Counted from the stretch's first letter, positions 18,919 to 29,250 are shown. The stretch: 64,000 nt of DNA from Saprospiraceae bacterium (GCA_965222005.1 OZ244935.1:5458639-5522638), one strand, 5' to 3'. Notes: generated by a model from the letters alone, not told the origin. Made by a program: numbers and translations.

Positions 18919-21720
18919 TCATTCGTCCCGCCCCGCCTCTTGCAACATCCCTTTTAGCTGATCATTGAAGCTGCTTGCTTTGAGCATATCTTCCAACCTC
19001 AAATGCATCCGATAGCGCCAGTAATGCTGTGGATTGGCAGGCACATTGATACGCTCGGCGGCCGGATCATCCCTGCGGAGAGCTTCACTCATAGCCAGCA
19101 AATCCTGCAGAGCAAATACCACCCACATGGCCGGGCCATGCAACTGCTGACGCAAAATGGCCTCCGCCAGCCAGGCTTCGCACTGCTCAGGACATAGGCC
19201 TTCCCTGCCCAACTCTTTGTTGTAGAATCGCTGAATCTGCGCCCAATCGCTCTGCTGCCACCACAAACGCAGCGGTGCCATATCGTGCGTGGAAGGGCTG
19301 CATACCGATGTGTAGGGAATATCTTCCGGCTGGAGAAATTCCGTTTGCGGATTTTTACTCATCCGCTGTATCTCGAGGCTTAATATCCCCAAATCCTTCA
19401 TCACACCCGGCACACAAGCAGGCACCATGCCGAGGTCTTCGCCACAGATGAGCATATTGGTGGCCGATTTGATGGCTGGCAATTTGCGCATCGCCTCTTC
19501 CTTCCACAAGGCCTCTTGCCGTTCATAAAAATAGTGTTGATACAAGGCGTCCAGCTGATGTCGGGTGACGGAATCGAGTGCTTTGAAGGAGGGTGTTTTT
19601 TGAAAATCAATACGGGGATGCAGCAACTGCCCTTTCGACCCTGGCTCTTCGAAAAAAAGCACATTGCTGATCAATGTGTACAGCCGGTCTTGGAGAAAGA
19701 GCTGGTCCTTATTGGAATTTTCACCAAAAAAGGCTGCCACTTTCCGCTGGGTATCGAAGGCTTTACGAAAGCGAAAATATCCTTCTCTTCTTTTCTCCAA
19801 AAAGTGCTGCTTTACAAAAGAAGCCTCTTCACCAAATTGCTCATCGATCAGCCATTCGGGCAGAAAGGGTTGGCAGAATCGCTCACGGTCAAAGGGAATG
19901 CCCCGCTCGGCAAACTCCCGTATTTCCACCGGCAAGGCAGGTTGGAAGCGCCCCATAGTCCCCTGCACCTGCTCGACAGGAATTTCCCAAATCCGGAAAA
20001 AGCCGAGGATGTGATCGATCCGAAAAGCATCAAAATAATGAGACAGTTGTCGAAGTCGCTGTTGCCACCATTGATAACCGTCTTTGGCCATCGCCTCCCA
20101 ATTGTAGGTCGGGAATCCCCAATTTTGGCCAATTTCTGAAAAAGGATCGGGTGGTGCGCCTGCCTGGCTATTCATATTATAAAGCTGTGGTGCCACCCAG
20201 GCATCCACACTGTGGCGGTAGATGCCGATAGGAATATCGCCCTTCAGCACAACTCCCTTGCGGCGGGCATAGCTGGCCGCCTGCCTGAGCTGCCGATCGA
20301 GGTGATATTGCAAAAAATAGTAAAATGCGATATCGCTGAAGAGCTTTCCTTTGAGATCGACGGCTTTTTTGAGCCGACCGACGGTGAAGCGCTTGTCCGT
20401 CTTCCAGCACTGAAAATTGGCTGTACCGTTTTGATCTCGCAGCACACAAAACCAAGCATATGGCTGGAGCCAATGTGCATTGTCTTGCAGGTATTTTACG
20501 AAATCTGTCTTTTTTAAAAAGTGTGCTTTGGTAGCTTCAAAAATTTGGCGGGCCAACGTCAGTTTTATGGTCAACACTGCCTCATAATCTACTTCCGGTA
20601 AGCCATTGAGCTTCCGGCGAAGCTTCGAATACTCCTTTTTATCCATCACCTTTTCACTTCCTTCAATACCTTCCAGATTGAGGTATTGAGGGTGCAAAGC
20701 AAATACCGAGATGGCAGCATAAGGGTAGGAATCGATCCAGTTTTTTTGCGCAATGGTATCGTTGACGGGCAATATCTGCACCATTTTCATACCTACCTTG
20801 TGTGCCCAGTCCACCAATTTTTTGAGGTCAGTGAACTCCCCCACCCCCAGGCTTTTGGCCGTCCGAAGTGAAAAGACGGGGATCGCTACGCCTGCTCCTT
20901 TCCACGCCCCATCAGGCTGATTGAAGTATTCATCCGTTTGTTGGATGAGGTGCGCTTCAACGGGTAGCTGGCTTAGGTCCAACACGCGGTTTGGGCCGGC
21001 CTCTAGCTGCAAAAGCTGTTTGGAGGAGGTATCGAAAATACCATATTTATATTCGATGCGTTTCGTGCCGGGATTGGGCAAAGTGACCGACCAGAGTGGG
21101 TGGCCTTCATTGCTCAGCAAGAGTGCCTGCTTCCCTTGCCAATTCCGCAGGATGGGGATACTGCCGAGCAGACATAGCCGCTGACCGGCCTTGATCTGCG
21201 CACAGCGAATTTGAAAGCGAAGGAATTGGCGCTCGCGATCTAAAGCAGGTGTTTTTGTTTTGAATCGGTCTGCCTTAAAAATTTGCTCAAAAGCGGCACA
21301 GTAAAAGGCATTTTCGCTGTGATGCTTGCTGCGCCAACAATCCTGCAATACGATATGCAGCGTATCGTTTTCCGAAAAATCCAACGCTCTGACAGCACCC
21401 CAATCCTGGTCCAGCACTTGATTATCGGCGCTGATTAACAGATAGCGATACTCGAAAGAGGAAATATGAACCGGCACATCCAGGCTCAAGCCCCAATGGC
21501 CATCGGTGAGGTATTGAAGTTGCAGCGCATACTTGGGGTTCCATTCGCCCAGCTCTGGCAAGGAGCCAACCAACGCGATATACTGCCCCCATTGAGTATG
21601 ATAATGTATGCGAAAGCTGAGTTTCAAAGCTGGTTTGGTTCGTTTGAAAGAGGGTAAAAGTACAAAAGTAGCCTGGCTTTTACAGCAATCAAACTCAGCC
21701 TTCTGTTTGGCATCTACCAT
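18919..21720 (-). CDS. malQ: 4-alpha-glucanotransferase (amylomaltase, GH77) with N-terminal CBM20 starch-binding modules
   Basis: Two CBM20-like modules at the N-terminus (…HYHTQWGQYIALVGSLPELGEWNP…, …KAGQRLCLLGSIPILRNWQ…). GH77 core follows (…GVAIPVFSLRTAKSLGVGEFTDLKKLVDWAHKVGMKMVQILPVNDT…). 933 aa. Confidence 0.9.
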   Translation of the reverse strand: MVDAKQKAEFDCCKSQATFVLLPSFKRTKPALKLSFRIHYHTQWGQYIALVGSLPELGEWNPKYALQLQYLTDGHWGLSLDVPVHISSFEYRYLLISADNQVLDQDWGAVRALDFSENDTLHIVLQDCWRSKHHSENAFYCAAFEQIFKADRFKTKTPALDRERQFLRFQIRCAQIKAGQRLCLLGSIPILRNWQGKQALLLSNEGHPLWSVTLPNPGTKRIEYKYGIFDTSSKQLLQLEAGPNRVLDLSQLPVEAHLIQQTDEYFNQPDGAWKGAGVAIPVFSLRTAKSLGVGEFTDLKKLVDWAHKVGMKMVQILPVNDTIAQKNWIDSYPYAAISVFALHPQYLNLEGIEGSEKVMDKKEYSKLRRKLNGLPEVDYEAVLTIKLTLARQIFEATKAHFLKKTDFVKYLQDNAHWLQPYAWFCVLRDQNGTANFQCWKTDKRFTVGRLKKAVDLKGKLFSDIAFYYFLQYHLDRQLRQAASYARRKGVVLKGDIPIGIYRHSVDAWVAPQLYNMNSQAGAPPDPFSEIGQNWGFPTYNWEAMAKDGYQWWQQRLRQLSHYFDAFRIDHILGFFRIWEIPVEQVQGTMGRFQPALPVEIREFAERGIPFDRERFCQPFLPEWLIDEQFGEEASFVKQHFLEKRREGYFRFRKAFDTQRKVAAFFGENSNKDQLFLQDRLYTLISNVLFFEEPGSKGQLLHPRIDFQKTPSFKALDSVTRHQLDALYQHYFYERQEALWKEEAMRKLPAIKSATNMLICGEDLGMVPACVPGVMKDLGILSLEIQRMSKNPQTEFLQPEDIPYTSVCSPSTHDMAPLRLWWQQSDWAQIQRFYNKELGREGLCPEQCEAWLAEAILRQQLHGPAMWVVFALQDLLAMSEALRRDDPAAERINVPANPQHYWRYRMHLRLEDMLKASSFNDQLKGMLQEAGRDE

Positions 21721-21778
21721 TTTGCCAGCTCTTCCGCATTGGAACAGGGATTTGGATAGAGCAAAGCCAACAGCACCC

Positions 21779-22657
21779 CTACCAATTCAACTGAAAGCTT
21801 TCTTGTAAAATAGCTTTAATATCTTCTGTAAGAGGCAGGCTGGTAAGCGGGGCATCAAACGAAGCTCCGGAGCGAATCCACCATTCGATGAGCCGAATTT
21901 CTTCGTAGCTCATTGGATTTTTACCATCAGCCGGCATGTAATGCGAATCGCCGAATGGCAGGGTAATGGTTTCAAATAATTCGCTTTCCGAAGGATTCCC
22001 CGGCAGCAGCAGTTCGTGCTTTTCCGAGCTCTCCTGAATGGCCGCTTTGGAATGCAATTGCACCTCGCCCTTTATTACCTCCTCGCCATGACAACGCGTA
22101 CATTTTTGATTGAGTAAAGGCTGGATAATGTGGGTGTACACCACCACCGACTCTTTAGGCAGTGCAGACAAATCGAGAGGTTCTGCATCGTATTGTATTC
22201 CAAATAAACCTGCCAGCGGCGCCGGGGCATATTGCCACAAGAAATTAGGCCCCCGGCTTAGCTCACCTCCTAAATGGCCGGCCCACAAAACTAAGGCTAC
22301 CACACTGATTATCAATGCTTTATATATTGTCGTCTGCTGTTTTTTCTCTTTTTTGCCTATCCACCAGATCAGGCTCGCCAATAGAGCTACCCCTATACCC
22401 GACCAGCGATGCAAAAAGAGGGTAGTAGAAGCATAGCCGGTATCGTAGGCGATCAACCAGCCTGCAATAGCAGCTGCGATTCCGCTGATAGCTGCCCACA
22501 GCCAAAGGTAGCGAAGGGCCGGTTGGAGCATTTGAAGGCCCCGCTTACGGCAAAGCCATTCCATCAGCCCGGCTGCAAGGATCAGAGCGACGGGAAGATG
22601 AACAAGAAAAGGGTGAAAACGACCGAAGAAGAGAGTCCAGTTGGTTTGGAGGAGCAT
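21779..22657 (-). CDS. Membrane protein with DUF2231-like N-terminal domain and C-terminal c-type cytochrome (CxxCH) domain
   Basis: RFHPFLVHLPVAL motif typical of DUF2231. Several TM helices. C-terminal CTRCHG heme-binding motif followed by a planctomycete-cytochrome-c-like segment. Confidence 0.55.
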   Translation of the reverse strand: MLLQTNWTLFFGRFHPFLVHLPVALILAAGLMEWLCRKRGLQMLQPALRYLWLWAAISGIAAAIAGWLIAYDTGYASTTLFLHRWSGIGVALLASLIWWIGKKEKKQQTTIYKALIISVVALVLWAGHLGGELSRGPNFLWQYAPAPLAGLFGIQYDAEPLDLSALPKESVVVYTHIIQPLLNQKCTRCHGEEVIKGEVQLHSKAAIQESSEKHELLLPGNPSESELFETITLPFGDSHYMPADGKNPMSYEEIRLIEWWIRSGASFDAPLTSLPLTEDIKAILQESFQLNW

Positions 22658-22963
22658 GATGTGTAGTGTTTTGTTTGCTCAAATATAATGCAACGGTAGA
22701 AATAGAAGCTTGCTTTTTTTAAATTTTTTGTGTTTGTTTTGTTTATTTTAATAAAATTGTTACATTTGCTGCTGGAAGCATATTTTGCGTAAAATTTCAC
22801 TGCTGTTATTGCTACCCATTTGGTGAGCAGGACGGCTGATTGGCTAAAGGCCAGACAGCCGAGGAGGGTGGGTATATTTATTATATAAATTTTATCCCAC
22901 CCATTATTGTTTATAGTTAATTTGGGCCAGTCGGCTGCCACATCCCGCCATCATGCCAGAAAT

Positions 22964-23494
22964 CTATGTATTGCGTGCATTCAAATCTGCATCTCCATAA
23001 AAACGCAGATCTTCATCTTTCAACAATTTGGTGTACAAAGCGATCTGCCCTACATGGTAAGAATAATGCTCCACCACATGCACCACGATACCAAAGCCCG
23101 TGAGTCGGAAGCCCTGTACCACTCGTTCATTCACAAGCGACTCTGTGCTCAGTTGTTTCACAATAGCTACAGCCTGCTGCGTTACACCCGTGATCTTTTC
23201 CAATAAATCGGCTTTGCTCCAACCGCCGGAAGCTGCAAATTCTGCATCGCGCTGCCGCTCATCTGCCGCTCCTCCCAGCCCAGAGAGGATATACTGACTA
23301 ATATTGCCACAAAGATGTAAAAGCAAATTGCCAATGCTATTGGTCTGGTTGTTGGGCTTTTGCCAGAGCTCTTGCTCGCTGATCCGGGCCAGGCAATTGG
23401 CGATGCGTAGCGGATTTTCGTCCAGGTGCTTAATACAGCTTGCACAAAAGGTTTCGGCAATTAATTGCTGCTGTTTTTCAAAGTCTTCATTCAT
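22964..23494 (-). CDS. DinB/YfiT-like (DUF1572-type) metal-dependent protein
   Basis: 176 aa. HxxxHxGQI-like motif (EHYSYHVGQI) and the LHLCGN motif seen in DinB_2 family proteins. Overlaps the upstream GH78 gene stop by 4 bp. Confidence 0.5.
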   Translation of the reverse strand: MNEDFEKQQQLIAETFCASCIKHLDENPLRIANCLARISEQELWQKPNNQTNSIGNLLLHLCGNISQYILSGLGGAADERQRDAEFAASGGWSKADLLEKITGVTQQAVAIVKQLSTESLVNERVVQGFRLTGFGIVVHVVEHYSYHVGQIALYTKLLKDEDLRFYGDADLNARNT

Positions 23495-26460
23495 TCTTTA
23501 ACTCTTATTTTTCGTAGTGCATTTTCCAATTCGCTCATACTCCCCTTCCATTGCAGTTCGTAGGCTGAGAGCAGCGCAGGAAGATAGTCACTCTTCATTT
23601 TTTCCAGTTCAGGATGCTTTCGCAATGCGGGAATCTTCTTGTAAAGAAGACCCCGGACATCTCTGTCGGCCAATAAATCTGCAAGCCGGAATTGCAAATT
23701 GTAAGTCTTTCTGCTTTGCTCGATCTCTTCAGCCGGATAGTTGAAAATGTACTGCCCAGAACCCAACTCTACCCGCACCCATTCTCCTTCCTGTTGAACT
23801 TTGGCACTATCAGATTCCTCTGCCAACAGCCTTCCCGATTCTTTCACCAATCTGCTTTTGGCATATGGCAAGTAAACCACTGCGCGGCTATTGGCCGGTA
23901 TTTGCACCTTCAATTCAAACAGCCCATTTGTAATCTGCCAGGCAGAGCTAATCCTCCCATATGGTCCCGTGAAGCTGGCCCGGGCATGGGTCAGAGAGCC
24001 TCCGGGACGAGGTTGTATAATCACCTGCTTGTAGCCCGGCTGCTTCGGATCAAAGTTGATACCCGCAATATTTTGATACATCCAATTTCCTATAGCACCA
24101 TAAGCATAGTGGTTGAAGGAATTCATTTTGGGATTTTGCAAACTACCATCCGGCCGAATGCCGTCCCAGCGCTCCCAGATTGTAGTAGCTCCCTTTGTGA
24201 CCGGATACAGCCAGGAGGGATAAGATTCTTGCTGCAACAAAGCATAGGCCACCTCCGGATAGCCGTATTGCACCAGCACATCACACAAATGTGGGGTGCC
24301 CAAAAAGCCCGTAGTCAGGTGGTCTCTGTAACGGGTAATATTTTCTACCAGGCGGGCCGCAGCAAGGGGGCGCTGCGATTCAGGCAACAGATCAAACAAA
24401 AGTGCCAGCACATAAGCCGTTTGCGTACCCGACACCAGGCGGCCATTGGGCGTGACATACTCATTGCGAAAGGCTTGCACAATAGCTTCCAGCAACTCGG
24501 CATAATACTTTGCATCTTGCTGCTTGCCCAACACCACCGCCACACGGCGCGTCAGCTCAGCAGAATGAGCAAAAAAGGCCTGTGCAATGAGGTATTTATC
24601 CGTAATTGCCGCCTTGCCGTCCCGGTCATCAGCGGGGCTGTAAAAGAGCCAGTCGCCAAAGTGGAAGCCTTCATCCCAAAGATGATCTGCCCCTGCTTCT
24701 GCCTCCATATAACCCACCCACTTCTTCATGCTAACATACTGATTTTCAAGTAGTTGTGTATCTCCATACACCATATACAAATTCCAGGGAATAATGGTGA
24801 CAGCATCAGCCCAGCCGGCAGCTGCGGCCCCTCTTTTGGCCAACACATGTGGGATTACCCAGGGTACAGCGCCGTTGGTGTACTGATCGGCGCTGAGGTC
24901 TTTGAGCCATTTGGCAAAGAAGCCGGCGACTTGCATATTGAAGGCTGCTGTCTGACTAAAAGCCTGTGCATCACCCGTCCAGCCAAGGCGCTCATCCCGC
25001 TGCGGACAGTCGGTAGGTATATCCAGAAAATTACCGCGTTGGCCCCATTGGATGTTGTGCTGGAGCTGATTGAGCAGGGGTTCCGAGCACTCAAAATGCC
25101 CCGTGACCTCCATATCGGAATGGATAACGATGGCGGTGAAGTCATCTGCTTGCAGCTCTCCCGGCCAGCCTTCCACTTTTACATAGCGAAAGCCCTGAAA
25201 GGTGAAGAGGGGCTCATAGGTTTCAATCTCTTTGCCCTTCAAGATGTACTGCACCTCTTGCTTTGCATACCGCAGGTTTTCAGTATAAAAATTACCTGCC
25301 TGATCTAACACCTCGGCATGTTGGAGCTTGACAACAGTACCCGCCGCACCGCTGACTTTCAGCCGGATACGGCCTACCAGGTTTTGGCCAAAATCAATCA
25401 CTTGCTCTCCTTTGGGTGTTGTAATAATCCTGCGCGTCGGTAGCTCCATTACCCTTCGCACGGGAGCCCCTTCCGCTGCAATGAGCCGGGACAGACTATG
25501 CTTAGCCAGACGCACTCCTTTCCAGCCTTTATCCTCAAAGCCCGGCTCACTCCAGCCCGGCTGCTCGAGGCGGGCATCATAGTGTTCGCCATTGTAAATA
25601 TCCGACCAGAGGATAGGCCCTGTGGCGGCCTTCCACTGCCCATCACTATTGATGGCAATGGTGCTTCCGTCGGCAAAGCTGACTTCCAGTTGAAAGAGCA
25701 GTGCCAGGTGCTCGCCGTAAAAATTGCGTTGTCCCCGAAAGCCAATATTGCCTCGAAACCAACCATCGGCAAGCCACACACCAATCGCATTATTGCCCTG
25801 CCGAAGCAGCTTGGTCACATCAAACACCTGATATTGAAGCCGATGCTGATAGCTCGTCCAGCCAGGCATAAACAATTGATTATCAATCTTTTGTCCATTA
25901 ATTTCTGTTTCATATAATCCGTGTGCTGTCACGTAGGCACGAGCAGTTCGGATGGGTTTGTTGAGTGGAAAATCGTGCCGGAGCATAACAGCTGGCTGGC
26001 TTTCGCTCCTCTCCTCCTGCCAATCCGCCTCAATCCAATTGGCTTTCCAGTCGGTAGTGTCGAGCAAGCCCATCTCCCAAAAAGCGGGTGCGCTCCACCG
26101 GCTCGCCCGACCCTGCTCGTCCCAGACCTTGACGCGCCAGTAGCAGCGCTGTCGGCTACGCAATGGCAGCCCTTGATAAGGCACCCATATTGATTGTTCT
26201 GTTTGTCTTTTGCCGCTGTCCCAAACAAGTTCTTTACCACTTTGCCACTTTAGGGTATCCTCCGCCACCTGAATCTGATAGGCCGATTGGATACGATTGC
26301 GCCCTTCTCCTTGTAATTGCCAACTGAGTCGGGGCTGTTGGGCATCAATGCCCAGGGGATTGTGCAGATATTCGCAGCGGAGCTGACGGATGCTCAATGA
26401 TTGAGCAGAAGTGCTAGCCAGGAAAAGGAAGAGGTATGCAGAAGTAAGGAGGTATTTCAT
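23491..26460 (-). CDS. alpha-L-rhamnosidase (glycoside hydrolase family 78)
   Basis: Signal peptide. N-terminal rhamnosidase domain signature (RCYWRVKVWDEQGRASRWSAPAFWEMGLL). Six-hairpin glycosidase core. 989 aa with a roughly 110-aa C-terminal extension. Confidence 0.8.
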   Translation of the reverse strand: MKYLLTSAYLFLFLASTSAQSLSIRQLRCEYLHNPLGIDAQQPRLSWQLQGEGRNRIQSAYQIQVAEDTLKWQSGKELVWDSGKRQTEQSIWVPYQGLPLRSRQRCYWRVKVWDEQGRASRWSAPAFWEMGLLDTTDWKANWIEADWQEERSESQPAVMLRHDFPLNKPIRTARAYVTAHGLYETEINGQKIDNQLFMPGWTSYQHRLQYQVFDVTKLLRQGNNAIGVWLADGWFRGNIGFRGQRNFYGEHLALLFQLEVSFADGSTIAINSDGQWKAATGPILWSDIYNGEHYDARLEQPGWSEPGFEDKGWKGVRLAKHSLSRLIAAEGAPVRRVMELPTRRIITTPKGEQVIDFGQNLVGRIRLKVSGAAGTVVKLQHAEVLDQAGNFYTENLRYAKQEVQYILKGKEIETYEPLFTFQGFRYVKVEGWPGELQADDFTAIVIHSDMEVTGHFECSEPLLNQLQHNIQWGQRGNFLDIPTDCPQRDERLGWTGDAQAFSQTAAFNMQVAGFFAKWLKDLSADQYTNGAVPWVIPHVLAKRGAAAAGWADAVTIIPWNLYMVYGDTQLLENQYVSMKKWVGYMEAEAGADHLWDEGFHFGDWLFYSPADDRDGKAAITDKYLIAQAFFAHSAELTRRVAVVLGKQQDAKYYAELLEAIVQAFRNEYVTPNGRLVSGTQTAYVLALLFDLLPESQRPLAAARLVENITRYRDHLTTGFLGTPHLCDVLVQYGYPEVAYALLQQESYPSWLYPVTKGATTIWERWDGIRPDGSLQNPKMNSFNHYAYGAIGNWMYQNIAGINFDPKQPGYKQVIIQPRPGGSLTHARASFTGPYGRISSAWQITNGLFELKVQIPANSRAVVYLPYAKSRLVKESGRLLAEESDSAKVQQEGEWVRVELGSGQYIFNYPAEEIEQSRKTYNLQFRLADLLADRDVRGLLYKKIPALRKHPELEKMKSDYLPALLSAYELQWKGSMSELENALRKIRVKE

Positions 26461-26509
26461 AAAGGCAATAGTTGGGTCAGGGGATTAAAGATAGGGCGGT
26501 GTATGCAAT

Positions 26510-26636
26510 CTAAGTATTGCTCAAAAAATTAGATCCTCTTTTCAATTTTTGAATTACCCTCAACTTCACTAGCCTACGGTCGTTCAGCTTTCGCCTATTT
26601 CAAAAATGTCGGATTTATTTTTTGAATGTTCCTAAG
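26510..26636. repeat. Intergenic repeat element, copy A (a second copy with a 107-bp internal insertion lies at 47638-47873)
   Basis: Shared modules: TCTAAGTATTG(C/T)TCAAAAAATTA … CTCTTTTCAATTTTTGAATTA … GGTCGTTCAGCT(T/A)TCGCCTATTTCAAAAATGTCGGATTTAT(T/G)TTTTGAATGTTCCT. Contains internal inverted repeats (CAATTTTTGAA / TTCAAAAATG). Both copies lie in promoter-proximal intergenic DNA. Confidence 0.5.
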
Positions 26637-26857
26637 GCCGTTCTCTTTTGAGATGGCAGGCAGTCTGCAAGTCTGACAAGAAGCGCAGCGAACGATCTGA
26701 GGGATGATTCACATTCAGCCTTACTTATCGTACACTGCCAAAGATAAAAAATTGGAATACAAAATGGCAGAGTCGGCCATTGTAAAAAAATTGATGTTTC
26801 TATCCGATCAAACTCCTGTTGAATTGGATAATCTTCTAAAAGGATTTTGAGCCGCTC

Positions 26858-27409
26858 CTAATCATCAATTATGTTGCGGGCATACAACATTCTGGATTTC
26901 CAATAAGTGGAGCGCGAAACGTTTTCTTCGACCACTCCTCGCGAACTGGTGCTGTGTACTACGTAGAGCCCATCCTTCCGATTGGCAACTACCAGTGCCA
27001 CATGTGACGGACTGCCCTTGCCATTTTTACTAAAAAAGATCAGGTCGCCAGCTCGAGCATGACGGGTGGAAATGCGCCGCCCTTGTGCAGCCTGAGCGCG
27101 GGAACTGGGGCCAGCCTGCAGATCGAATTTATTGAGTACGTAGGAGGTAAAGCCAGAGCAGTCAAAGCCTCTGGGATCTTTGCCGGCATATTTGTAACGC
27201 ACACCTTTGTACTTGCGGGCATAGTGGGCAATGTTCTTTCGAAGCAGGGCCTCCCTACCGGAAGTGCGTGTACTGCTATAATCGGTCGAAGCTGTTGGCA
27301 CTCTTCCGGAATGTGGGTGAGGAGCCTTTTGGAGGGCGTGGCAGGCGCTCATTAAAACAAAAGGCGCCAACAACAATACACAATGCCGGACGTTTGAGGA
27401 AAGGTACAC
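26858..27409 (-). CDS. NlpC/P60 family (C40) cell-wall peptidase
   Basis: Catalytic Cys motif FDCSGFTSYV and conserved His (SPSHVALVV). Signal peptide present. Confidence 0.85.
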   Translation of the reverse strand: MYLSSNVRHCVLLLAPFVLMSACHALQKAPHPHSGRVPTASTDYSSTRTSGREALLRKNIAHYARKYKGVRYKYAGKDPRGFDCSGFTSYVLNKFDLQAGPSSRAQAAQGRRISTRHARAGDLIFFSKNGKGSPSHVALVVANRKDGLYVVHSTSSRGVVEENVSRSTYWKSRMLYARNIIDD

Positions 27410-27722
27410 GCTATCAGGATTTTAGTTGATCTCTTAAATGATAATGTCCTAAGAACATACTCGTTGCCATTAGGTTAGTTTTAATAAAGGGTTATTACAA
27501 TTTTTTTTCAACGAGTTAGCGGTTCAGCATCTACTGGATCGCTTTTTTTAATGGCTCCACTACTACCTTGTACGAATGCGACTACTCAACGTTTCGGGAG
27601 AATTGAATATTTTGCATAGGAGTCCGGAACGAATAGATTGCACGACTTTTATTATCGAGACTATCAACCTACCACCAGCCGGCAGACGTTTGTTCTTCTT
27701 TTTTTCAGCCTGCAATAGGAAA

Positions 27723-28499
27723 TCAGTCCATCAACTCAAACCTATCGCGGTCGGGTAAAAAGTGGAGCTTTTGGCGGAAAGTCTGCTGCTCATTGTAAGA
27801 AAGGGAAGTAGTAAACACATCTTCGACTTCTTCGACCCGATAGATGAGTTCGCCAGCAAAATCTACCAGCATACTATCGCCGCTATAGGGGAAATTGTTG
27901 CCATCGCGCCCTACTCTATTCACACCCACCGTGTAAGACTGGTTTTCGATGGCCCGGGCGGCTAGCAATGTCTGCCAGGCATGGCGGCGCATGGCTGGCC
28001 AATTGGCTACATAAATCAAGAGATCGTAGCCCACTGTATTGCGGCTAAACACCGGAAAGCGCAAGTCGTAGCAAATAAGGGGACAAATTTTCCACCCTTT
28101 ATGCTCAACGATCAATCGCTTCCGGCCAGCTGTAAAGCTGTGCTGCTCACCTGCCAAGGTAAACAGATGGCGCTTATCATAGCTTGACAAGCTTCCGTCC
28201 GGCCGCATCCAGATCAGACGATTGTAAAAGTTGCCACCCTCCTGAATGATGAGGCTTCCGCAAATGGTGGCTTGCAACTTGCCTGCCTGCTGCTGCATCC
28301 AGCGCACAGCCGGGCCGTCCATAGGTTCAGCTAGCTGCTGGCTGTTCATACTAAAGGCGGTGCTAAACATTTCGGGAAGAATGACCAGGTCGGTTTGGCC
28401 TTGCAAGGGGCTCAGTAATGAGGTGAAGTGATCGAGGTTGGTAAGCGGATTTTCCCATTGAAGCTGACTTTGCACAAGCGAGATTCTGAGGTTTTGCAT
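27723..28499 (-). CDS. Carbon-nitrogen hydrolase family amidohydrolase (nitrilase superfamily, YafV/omega-amidase-like)
   Basis: Conserved Glu (ILPEMF), Lys (RHLF) and Cys (LICYDLRFP) triad of the nitrilase superfamily. 258 aa. Confidence 0.85.
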   Translation of the reverse strand: MQNLRISLVQSQLQWENPLTNLDHFTSLLSPLQGQTDLVILPEMFSTAFSMNSQQLAEPMDGPAVRWMQQQAGKLQATICGSLIIQEGGNFYNRLIWMRPDGSLSSYDKRHLFTLAGEQHSFTAGRKRLIVEHKGWKICPLICYDLRFPVFSRNTVGYDLLIYVANWPAMRRHAWQTLLAARAIENQSYTVGVNRVGRDGNNFPYSGDSMLVDFAGELIYRVEEVEDVFTTSLSYNEQQTFRQKLHFLPDRDRFELMD

Positions 28500-28581
28500 A
28501 GGCTTGAGTCATTAAAAAAAAGAGAGCCGTAAGCTGATACCTACGCCTCTCTTCCAAATTTGGGTGATATGTTCAGTTTTT

Positions 28582-29250
28582 TTATTCCTTTTCCTTAGTA
28601 CCTTCTCCTTCAGTCCCTTCAGCAGCAGTATCTTCTCCACCTTCAGTTCCTTCTTCTCCCTCTTCTCCTTCTTCTCCTTCAGAAGTAGCTTCTGCACTAC
28701 GCAGAGCCCGCGGAATGGCTACCGAAGCAATGGGGGTACCCGGAGCACTCATTAGCATAATATCTTCATTGGCTTCAATATCTTTAACCCGCACGGATTG
28801 CCCCAGATTGAGCTCAGATACATCCACAAACAACTCCGCTACCAGCGCTTCGGGGATCGTTTTGACCTTCACTTTATGCAGCTTGGTAGTCAATTTACCA
28901 CCCTGCTTGATGCCTGGTGCCTGGCCTTTGAAGTGTACGGGTATCTCTACATTTAACGCTCTGCCCGGCACCAGCTCCAAAAAATCAATATGCTCAATTT
29001 GCTCAGTTACCGGATGGAACTGGGTTGATTTCAATATGCAATTATAATTCTTACCATCAATGCTGATTACCGCCTTTTTAAAATTGGGCGTATAAACAAT
29101 TGATCTGAACTCATTGATGGGTGCGCTGAAGTGAATCACCTCTTCGCCGCCATAAATCACACAGGGAATATTTCCTGTATTTCGTACAGCTTTGGTTCCT
29201 TTTTTACCAACCTCTGATCGAATGACTCCGTTGATAGCAACCGATTCCAT
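28582..29250 (-). CDS. rplY: 50S ribosomal protein L25 / general stress protein Ctc, with an extended acidic Glu/Gly-rich C-terminal tail
   Basis: L25 N-terminal and Ctc beta-barrel domains (…RSEVGKKGTKAVRNTGNIPCVIYGG…). C-terminal 35 aa are EGEEGEEGEEGTEGGEDTAAEGTEGEGTKEKE. Confidence 0.9.
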   Translation of the reverse strand: MESVAINGVIRSEVGKKGTKAVRNTGNIPCVIYGGEEVIHFSAPINEFRSIVYTPNFKKAVISIDGKNYNCILKSTQFHPVTEQIEHIDFLELVPGRALNVEIPVHFKGQAPGIKQGGKLTTKLHKVKVKTIPEALVAELFVDVSELNLGQSVRVKDIEANEDIMLMSAPGTPIASVAIPRALRSAEATSEGEEGEEGEEGTEGGEDTAAEGTEGEGTKEKE

